From positions 47,988,001 through 48,052,000 of the forward strand of contig NC_043008.1 in the NCBI RefSeq assembly GCF_006345805.1: a DNA stretch of 64,000 nt, given 5' to 3'. Each line of letters opens with the position of its first letter. Positions within the stretch are counted from its first letter, which is position 1. The notes below the pieces were generated by a model. The model saw only the letters and a list, made by a program, of their open reading frames with translations. It did no database searches and was not told the DNA's origin. Below, piece by piece: positions 54,776 to 64,000 of the stretch. The position numbers were made by a program, and so were the translations under genes. Source of the DNA: Octopus sinensis. Taxonomy: Eukaryota.

Positions 54776-56789
54776 GCTACGAAGTGAAGTCCATCACTTG
54801 AAACTTTAGTATTTTAGTCAGGGTCCTCTCACTTGTAGAATTTAACACTGTAATATGAAACATTGAGATATAAGAGATAGTCAACTTTGAGATATAAGGC
54901 AACTTGGATCAACTGGATCGGCCCCAGAGTATCACTGGTGGAAAGTTGGGAAAATAATTTAAATAGATTTAGATTTAACTGGTATTTCGTTAATTTTCCG
55001 AACCTGGCTTTACTCCTCCTGTTACAGAGAGAAGAGATCCTTAGAAACCGGAATTCTTAAAGACGAATTTTTCTATTGATTTAGTTGTGTCTTTCGACAA
55101 AACTCTTTCTGTTTCAGGAATCACCATTTTATGATGGCGTGTTGAAATAGGAAACTGACGAGGAGCCTTCAACGTGGTCGCTCAACCGGCCACAAATACC
55201 AATCTTTTCTCTGTCAAATCAAACCCTACCAAACACTGACACATTAGATGCCTTAGGTTTATTGACACAGCTATAAAATTATGGGATGGTCATGGCTGGA
55301 ATGCTTTTGATTATTAGCTTGCTCATTTCAGGCAAACCAACACATCATTTTGATGAGATGAGTCGAAGAGGGAGTTTTTATTTGGTTACTAGATATGTTA
55401 GAAATAGCAGCTAAAATTCTCTCAATGCACATTCATTTAACTTTAAAACGGAAGGTCATATAAAGCATTGAATTCTTCCATATTTCTAAAAGAACGAATG
55501 ACCACAGCTTCAATGAGTTTAAACGCAAATCAAATCGATCGAAGTGATGCTGACACTAAAACAACAACAACAACAACAACATTAGCGACATTGTAGGGAG
55601 AGGTGAAATAACCATTGTCTGTACCCCGAAGAGAATGGTAAACTGCAAATAGAAATACTCCGAGAAGTTATGATCGGACAGTTGCAACTAAAAAATGAAG
55701 ATGCTATGAAAATCCAAATTCGTTCTGATGCGAGGAGGCAAAATCAATAAAACTGGAAATTAGTGTATTGGAAATGATTGAATTATTCACCTGGTGTGTT
55801 TTATTCGTTTCTCTAGTCAGACTAATGAATATTGATTTGACGCTTGTAAGCAATAGGCGAGAATCGCAATCGGCCGAATCGATTTAGTTTCAACCTGGCA
55901 GCAGCGGAATCATGCTCAGTCAACAGCATCAGGTTATGGCCCAGGATAAAGAAACTTCAATGCGACGTTTTTTTTAATTTTTTACCGAATAAAGGCATTC
56001 CTATGAGCCAAAGATTTGGCAAGATTCGTCTCTATTTGAACCTCTCCGCTCCCAACAAACATTTCTCTTCGCGAACGGAATTCTAGACTTCGCACTAACA
56101 ATGTCTTCCTCAATATTACAGGGCTGTCATCGCTTATTTCGGTGAATCTTACAACATGTGGCACCCACTTCGACATGTGGCAATCCGGTCGTTGTGAATT
56201 ACATCTCCTTCCTAGTCTCATAAAGCAATGTCGATAGAAATATAGAAATTCCATATTCCTTATGTTATTGTCTCGCTTATTATGGTCTCACTGCACCACG
56301 TGACCAAACCACCGACGCTGTTGCTGCTGATGTTGAGCCGTTGCTGTTGTTGTGCATTGTGCAAGATATTGCTGAAGAACTAAGCAAGAACTCATACAAT
56401 TCTATGGACATCCAGGCATGGAGAGAGAGGGGAGAGGGGAAGTCGGACATGGTGTGTTGCTCTGCTGACCATGAAAAGGGTTTTACAAACAAATCTGAGG
56501 AAGTTGAACCAGATTATGAAGAAGGGGATCTAATACGCATCACATGAACAGTTAAAGACGGTTCTCGGTCACTAACGAGATCCCAAAAGGGGAATAAAAC
56601 TAGCCCAGCTGATCCTTCCGTTTCTGTGTAGACAATCTGTTTACAACTCTCTCCCCTCTCACTCTCTATCTCTCTCTTTCTCTCTCTCTCTCTATCTATC
56701 TATCTCCTTCTCTCTCTACTTCTCTCACCTTCTCTCTCCTTTCCTCTCCCCTCTCTCTCCTGTTATCTCTCTCTCTCATTCTCTCTCTT

Positions 56790-58420
56790 ACATATATAGA
56801 TTTTTATTTCCCGCCGCAAGGGCCAAACACAGAGGGGACAGCACAAGGACAGACAGAACTCCACAGTGGGGGTAAAAAGCATAAAACGAATGAAAATGAG
56901 AAAAATGAAATGGCTGCATAAGCCCCACCCTCACGCAATACCATTTGAATGTATTTACTCGTACTTTATAATCTATTTTTCCGTGTTTTTTCTCCATCAA
57001 AATCGTTTTTGTTCTCCCTTTTTTTAAAAACAATTTTTTTATTTCTTTATTTTTTAATATACTGTAAATGGTTCCAGATCTCTTAATTCCACTACTGTCG
57101 GCAGAGGCTCAAACTCCACCGTAAAACCCGGCAAACCAATGTTACACATTTCCTTCAACCTCTTGTCTCTGTCCTAATCACTTACAATGGCTTTCACATT
57201 TTCTCCGTACGTATCTGTGGGCAACTTAACCCTTATTACAGTTTTAAACTTCGTTATCATTCTTTCAGTTGCTGTGCTCTTAGCATATCTAACGAAATTC
57301 CATCTGTACTTTCCCGGCCTTCTCGCTTGTTTGTCTTTACCTTGCTCCACCCTCGGCGCCTTCTCTCTGTTTTTATCTTCCTTCATTTTGGTGAATGTCG
57401 CTGTTTCTTCATGCTGTTGTCTTTCTAAATCGCCTAAAACTTCCTCCTCCACTGGTATCGAATGTAGTCTCGCTTCTGTCTCCTTTTTCTCGACCTTCTC
57501 CTCAACCTCCTTATCTACTTCTTTTCTGCGTCTCCGGTGGAGAGCTTACTCTTTCTTTCTTCTTTCCTATTTTTTTACTACTATAAATTCTTCCTCTGTT
57601 ATTGCTGTCTCTTTCTCATCATCCTGTACCACTTCGTCCATCCTGTCCTGATCCTCAGACTGTTCCATCTGTTGTTCTTTCTCTTCTCTCTGGGGGCACC
57701 CCGCCTTCATATGGCCTTTCTCGCCACACAGGTAGCATATGGGAGGCCTACCCTCCACGACCACTCTCAATCTCACATCTTAGGGTAGAACTATCTTCTC
57801 CGTATTGCCTGTACGGCCACCTCTATTTCCTACCCCCAACAATTCAACCTTTTACTCTCAGTATTTCCACGCCTTCCTCCATGTTGAACATAATTAATGC
57901 AACAAAACAAGTCTCATTTATTTCCAATGGTACTTTACCCACTCTCACTCTGGCAACACGCTTTATGGCTTCAGAGGAGTGCTTTATCGCTTCGTCTTCG
58001 GTTGCGAATCGCACCTCCACTGTGCCATATCTTCTTGTTATAAAAATGGTAAATCTGTTGACTTCCTTTAGACACTCCTCAATATCTTCTATAGTTGCCA
58101 TTTCTATCGCTGTTCTCTTCCTTACTCTGTTCGTTAGTTCGTCTGGTGGCATCAGTTTTAGGTTATGGCCTTCTTTCTCCAGTAACTTCCCGCACTCTTT
58201 CAGCTTTTTCGGTTCTATCTTCCCCTCGTAAACCTCCAAAGGGTCCAAGTCCAATCCCCTGCATAACTGTGGCTTTTTGCCATTCCAGCTTCCATTCTTC
58301 TTTTCTCAGGTTCTCCCATCAATAGGAATCAACTCACTCGTATGTAACAATAACAGTACCCCAAAAGGGGGTACACCCACGAGGGGAGACCCTTAACAAA
58401 TATAACAATATAGCACTACC
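56790..58420 (-). mobile_element. L1/Tx1-like non-LTR element: disrupted ORF1 (RRM-like region plus CCHC knuckle) joined almost directly to a 3' end, ORF2 missing
   Basis: GTVEVRFATEDEAIKHS...RVRVGKVPLEI (57844-58254), CYLCGEKGHMKAGC (57696-57737) and an acidic/basic tail to about 57055. No EN/RT between ORF1 and the AATAAA-containing 3' tail; (AG)n follows. Confidence 0.75.
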
Positions 58421-58495
58421 TACTTCACACGGAATTGTAAGGATTTTTACCAAAAAATACCAACGACACATACTTATATGCATACATATGCATAT

Positions 58496-58569
<74 letters not shown>

Positions 58570-58733
58570 TGTATGTATGTATGTACGTATGTATGTATGT
58601 ATATATACATGTATATGTATATGTATATGAGTATATATATTTTCTCTCCTTGTTTTTTTCTCTCCTTTATTCCTCTCCTTTTTCCTCTCCTTTTTTTCTC
58701 TTCTTGTTTCTCTCCTTGCTTTTTTCTGTGTCC

Positions 58734-58769
58734 CTTTCTGTAGAAAAGCGTAGGCTCGAAACGTAAAAT
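58734..58769 (+). ncRNA. Hammerhead-like motif, family F3 (U6), degenerate
   Basis: CUUU CUGUAGA A AAGC GUAG GCUC GAAA CG U A AAAU; the element ends in (TA)n at about 58837. Confidence 0.6.
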
Positions 58770-59195
58770 ACTTTTTTCTATTCCTGAGCGTTATACTAAT
58801 ACATCTGTTTGTTTTGTACACCACCTGTCTTCGTCTTATATATATATATATGCATATACATATATTCACACATACGTACACACAGACAGACAGACACACA
58901 GAAGCTGATATTCTGAAAGTCAATAATAAAAACAATTACAATTTCACTTTTTACAAATACCTTTGTGTCGATATTTTTTTAATTCACGGTCTTACAATAA
59001 ATACAGACAAATATACATATAGAGAAGCGATCATGCAAATATTTTATAGCCACATGTGGGTGTGTATATGTGTGTTCGTGTTCATGTGTGTGTGTGTGTT
59101 CAGTCATAATAAAAACAATTTTACATTAATCTGGTGGGTTACTCTAAGCCATTGTAGAATACAAGTTTATAACTCTGAAACAAGAATATTATCGA

Positions 59196-59238
59196 CAGTG
59201 ACTTCGAAGTTTCCACCAGTTAAGCCATCGTCAGACTG
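59196..59238 (-). ncRNA. Minimal type I hammerhead motif, family F6
   Basis: Minus strand: CAGU CUGACGA UGGCUUAACUGGUG GAAA CUUCGAAG U C ACUG. The core is intact, stem III is the 10-nt palindrome ACUUCGAAGU, and stem II pairs poorly. Confidence 0.65.
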
Positions 59239-59349
59239 CGAAGTATTGAAGTTAATCTTGACTGTATATAGTCTCTGTCGAGTTAAAGCATTCGTTAGGT
59301 TTGTGGGTCCTCACATTCTTTATTTGCTCTCCTTGTTTCTTTCTTGTTC

Positions 59350-59385
59350 CTTTCTGTAGAAGAGCGTAGGCTCGAAATGTTAAAG
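59350..59385 (+). ncRNA. Hammerhead-like motif, family F3 (U6)
   Basis: CUUU CUGUAGA A GAGC GUAG GCUC GAAA UG U U AAAG; the element ends in (TA)n at about 59478. Confidence 0.65.
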
Positions 59386-59501
59386 ACTTTTTCACTTCAT
59401 GAGCGTTAAATTAATAAATCTGTTTGTTGTCTGCACCACCTGCCTTTGTCTTTTGTTTTTTTTTGTGAATTCTCCCTATATATATATATGTGTGTGTGTG
59501 T

Positions 59502-59656
<155 letters not shown>

Positions 59657-59819
59657 GTGCAAGAGATATCAATAAGGAGTGTACGAAGTCATTAAATGAC
59701 AGAGAAATACTTTGATGAACTCTTTATTTAACAATAAGGAAATTCTAAGATCACAACCAATTGTTTCGTAACTTAAAACATGTAAATAATTTATATCATT
59801 ATATTTAATAATTCTATTA

Positions 59820-60035
59820 TTCTTTTGTTTGTTTCAGTCGTTCGACTGCGGCCATGCTGGAGTACCACCTTTTTTAATCGATCAAATCAACCCCAGGACT
59901 TATTCTTTGCAAGCCTAGTACTTATTCTATCGGACACTTGTGCCCAACCTTGGCGGAATTTGAACTCAGAGTATAAAGACAGACGATATGCCTTTAAGCA
60001 TTTTCCCAGAATGCTAACGATTCTGCCAGCTTGCC
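59820..60035 (-). mobile_element. SINE family 1 body adjoining a SINE family 2 head
   Basis: 59820-59935 is family 1; 59945-60035 is family 2 (ggcggaatttgaactcag...ctaacgattctgccagct). Confidence 0.75.
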
Positions 60036-60329
60036 ACCTTCACATAAACGAAATATTAAAAAGCAGGATCTTGCTTGCAGTAACTCAAATTATTCTGGAA
60101 AGCGTATGGTTGGCCTTCGTCTTTTGGTACTGGAAAAACGAAACCCAACTGAGAATATTTCCTTCCCTCTTTTTTCCATCTCTTTTACTTACTGTCACGT
60201 GACATCAATTCTTGCCTTCCGCTCTTTCTTCCCCACCACCACCCTCCCATTTGCGCTTGTCTTTGCTACGTTTGTAGACTACGGAAATGAACGATCTTAC
60301 AAACAAACGAATTATATGTATAGAGAGCT

Positions 60330-60515
60330 TTTATCTTTTGTTTCGATCATTAGACTGCGGCCATTCTGGGGCACCGCCTTGAAGAGTCTTAGTCGAACGA
60401 ATCAACCCCAGTACTTATTCTAGCGCTCTCTTTTGCCGAACAACTCAGTTGCGGGGATGTAAACACACCAACACCGGTTGTCAAGCGGTGGGAGGGACAA
60501 AGATACACACACGTA
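60330..60515 (-). mobile_element. SINE family 1, 3' body
   Basis: Same block as 5250-5420. Confidence 0.8.
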
Positions 60516-61322
60516 GATATATACATATAATACATATATACAGAAAGATAGAGAGAGAGAGAGAGAAGAAAACAAAGTCATTTTATTCCACATGCGTAGA
60601 AATATAGAAGTCGACAATTCACTGAGAATATTTATGATATTTTATTATTAAAATATTTAAAGCTTTCACCGGTTTCACAGTTTTCACTGATTTCGAAAAA
60701 GTTCAAACAGAAAGATGTGGCTTATGTCGCAGCTGTCTTGTTTCTGACAAGTGTTCGACGCTTGCACTGTTTTGATAGGGAGTTCATGGCTCAAATTATT
60801 ATATGTTTTCAATAGGATTTGATTGGTAGAGGATAGTCGCATGACTGGTCTTAGAAACGTTTGTAGTTCTCTGCTACATCCATGTGTTAGTATCAAGGGA
60901 CAATGTTTGGCGTCGTAAGTTAACGCTGATACGGTTGACTGAACATGTCTAGTGACCGTAATGAAAATAATCAATGCTTTCTGTCAAGTTTTTGTAGAGA
61001 ATGAGCACGTGATTAAGTTTAGAATCTTTTGTACGTTTTCCGCTATACTCGTGCGCGAGTATCATGTGACCGTATATTTTGCGCCTAAAATGAAGGCCGA
61101 CACAGTTGACTGAATATGTTTAATTACAATCAAGGCACTTTAAATGTAATCTGCCAGGTGGGAGATTAAACACGAGTCAGAAGCAAGACAGGTGCAATAT
61201 AAGCCACGTTTTTCTATCTCAACATTTTGAAAATCAGTGAACTCGGTTAAATCTTTAAATATAATTAAAAAAGTATTTTAACTATTCTCAGTGCATTTTC
61301 AGCTTGTGTGTGTATGTGAGAG

Positions 61323-61356
<34 letters not shown>

Positions 61357-61539
61357 TCACCATTTTATATCTTTAATTTCATTTCGTGCATGTGTATTGT
61401 TTGTTTTTGATTCTGTCGATTACACAGTTGGGCACCGTCAATAACAAAAACAACACTATTACGCACTTCACTCCTCCAGAAATTTGGAAACGATATGCTG
61501 TTCAAATTGGCATTCGTGCCGGAAGCTCCATTACGAACA

Positions 61540-62136
61540 GATGGTGAACACATAAAACATCCAATCAGCATCAGGGTGTTTGGAGTGATCACTTGTGATG
61601 GCGACGTTATGCCTCCATTCGTCTTAGAATCAAGAAGGCCTTAGAATCAACACGAAGGCCTACATCAAGTGCTCGGAGGAGGTAGTGCTGCCCTGGGTCA
61701 AGAGGGTGGCTACTGAAAGATCCTATGTCTGGCAAAAGGACTCTGCACCATGCCACACAAGCAGGAGACAATTTCTGCAACCACATCACCCCTAACATCT
61801 GGCCACCTAACTCCCCACACTGCAACCCCCTTGATTTTTATGTGTGGGGCGCAGTTGAGCGAGAGACCAACAAAGCTTTGTAACACCAAAGATGAACTGA
61901 AGGCAAGGATTATGGCAGCATTCACCAACTTAAACAAGGAGACCGTCCAGAAAGCTGCAGAAGATTCTGAAGTCGCCTGGAGGTCGAGATTGAAGCCAAT
62001 GGCGATTTTATTGAATAAATTTACTCTTTAGTATCTCAAGATATTTTTATGCAATTTTGGTTAAATATATCTGTTAAAATGAGATGTTAGTATTATTTCA
62101 ATTTTTGCGTAATTTAGACGACAATATATTCATGAC

Positions 62137-62140
<4 letters not shown>
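61540..62140 (+). mobile_element. Tc1/mariner superfamily maT (DD37D)-like transposase C-terminal remnant
   Basis: KHPISIRVFGVITCDGDVMPPF...EEVVLPWVKRVATERSYVWQKDSAPCHTSR...HITPNIWPPNSPHCNPLDF/YVWGAVERETN...KDELKARIMAAF; frameshifted. Confidence 0.85.
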
Positions 62141-62159
<19 letters not shown>

Positions 62160-62182
<23 letters not shown>

Positions 62183-62335
62183 GACGGTCTCCTTTCAGCT
62201 CTCATGCACTAAAACCACTCATAAGGTTTTCGTCGATCTACAGTTGAAGATACTTGTCCAAGGTTCCAGGCAATGGGACTGAACCAAGAGCCATGTGGTT
62301 GAGAAGTAAATTTCTTAGCACATAGCCATGCCTAT
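62160..62335 (-). mobile_element. SINE family 1 head, degenerate
   Basis: Reverse match to 10428-10562; abuts (TA)n. Confidence 0.7.
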
Positions 62336-62361
62336 ACATACACACATATACATATATTCAT

Positions 62362-62416
<55 letters not shown>

Positions 62417-62860
62417 AATACTGATAAACATGATTAGCAATACTTAGGCACATGTGCATGACTATACTACAATGAATCTATAGTTTAGAGGTTTTATTCA
62501 TATTACATTCTCATATATATATTCCCTCGAGTATTTAAAATATACATGGAATAGTTTTTTAGAACATCGTATCCAAAACCTTTCTGTAGGTCAATGCAAT
62601 ATTTACGTATATATATTTAAGAGAAAACCTCCAGACAGACCATCCACCGCAACAGAGCATCACACAACATCAGCCGCAAGGGGAATCTTCATCTAATCCG
62701 TTGACGTCAATACTACAATGGATTTTAAAGTATTCTGATATTTCTTCAGACGCAATTAGATTTATATATATGTGTGTGTGTGTGTATATGTATATATATA
62801 TTTGTATAAATATGAATATGTATATGTATTTGTATATATATATATCATATATGTAACATT

Positions 62861-62945
<85 letters not shown>

Positions 62946-62955
62946 GTAATATTTG

Positions 62956-63000
<45 letters not shown>

Positions 63001-63790
63001 GTAATATTTGTATATATATATGTGTGTGTTGTGTGTGTGTGTGTGTGTGAGTATGTGTGTGTGTGTGTGTGAGTATGTGTGTGGGTGTATATACGCAATG
63101 TATCTTTGTATATATGTCCATAAAGTGACATGCAAAAACATATAAAATGGATGGTCGTGGACGGAACGCTTTTTACCATATGTATGCTAGATCGGAATTG
63201 ACCTGAGGCGAAACAACAACAACACGACTGATGTAAGTCTTACTACAACTCATCACTCACACTAACATTAGCTGTAGTTCTTCATTATTTGTCTGTGAGA
63301 TAATAAAAGACATATCGATTTCTTTGAACCGAACTTGTCACAGCGCCAAGTTTATCGGGAAAGGATTTCAATGGTTTGAGCCACTGCACCTCATTCAATA
63401 TATTAATGGATGGTTGAATAAAGAAGTTATAGAGACGAAACAAAATAAGTGTCAGCTATTTACTCTGTTAGATATCGTTTCTAAACATCGCATTCGTTTG
63501 TGTCCAGCTTTATTTTTTTTTACTTTTAATATCAGGCAGTTGTGAACAATGGTCCAACAAAGCCGCTGCTTCACTGCATTTCTGATGGTGACATCAATAG
63601 AGAGCCTCTGCGCCTCAGCCATGATAAGCAGCACAAACTATTTTGCTTCGATTCCCCGACTTACCCGCCATTTCTTACCGATACGTATATCTTTTGTCGA
63701 TATGTGTGTGTTTGAATAAGAGTGTGTATACACACATGGAGATACACCCAGACACATGCATGCATACATATGTATGTGTATATATATATA

Positions 63791-63821
<31 letters not shown>

Positions 63822-64000
63822 GTATACATGTGTGTGTGTGTGTGTGTGTGTGTATGTATATATATATATATATATATCACCGTGACGGTGACCGGCCAGG
63901 CTATCAGATGTTGCTACACATCGCTGGTCACAATGCGCTTCGCATTGTTTTAGCCTTCAAATGACGCCACCCCGCTGGCTAAGCGAGCAGGCCAACAGAA

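Noticed and set aside
55150-55195. CTGACGA...GAGC/GCTC hammerhead-like string
   Set aside because: No GAAA, stem III or stem I.
58340-58420. HDV-like ribozyme in the 5' UTR of the Tx1-like element (CCCCTCGTGG motif)
   Set aside because: A P3/L3-like word is present, but P1, P1.1 and P2 cannot be formed; the adjacent bases form a simple hairpin.
62690-62760. Minus-strand CTGAAGA...GACGTC hammerhead-like string
   Set aside because: It needs two separate deletions to restore GAAA and stem I.

Overview
Repeat-saturated, AT-rich eukaryotic DNA that looks like a coleoid cephalopod, probably Octopus (inferred from the repeat families, not from a database search). Almost all ORFs in the supplied track are microsatellite artefacts. 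Supported content: decayed non-LTR retroelements (RTE/BovB-like with C-terminal C2H2 fingers; R4/Dong-like RT and RLE pieces sitting in (ATT)n; an ORF1-only L1/Tx1-like element; Penelope-like RT), Tc1/mariner derivatives (a 5'-5' mariner, a maT/DD37D-like transposase, a foldback/MITE), at least four tRNA-derived SINE types, many microsatellites and one 100-N assembly gap. The main result of the hunt is a set of about 14 minimal type I hammerhead ribozyme (HHR) motifs in seven sequence families. Each family has a self-complementary stem III, and they lie in short non-coding Penelope-pLTR/retrozyme-like elements that usually end in (TA)n and repeatedly occur as divergent inverted pairs. One pair (21657-22035) has fully intact catalytic cores on both strands, and one family has a fixed non-canonical U6 core. 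Also notable: the 3' tail of the Tx1-like element matches the 3' tail of a SINE that appears inserted into another copy of itself. A weak, hand-assembled chain of small minus-strand exons may belong to an unidentified host gene. No CRISPR, rRNA or bona fide tRNA gene was seen.
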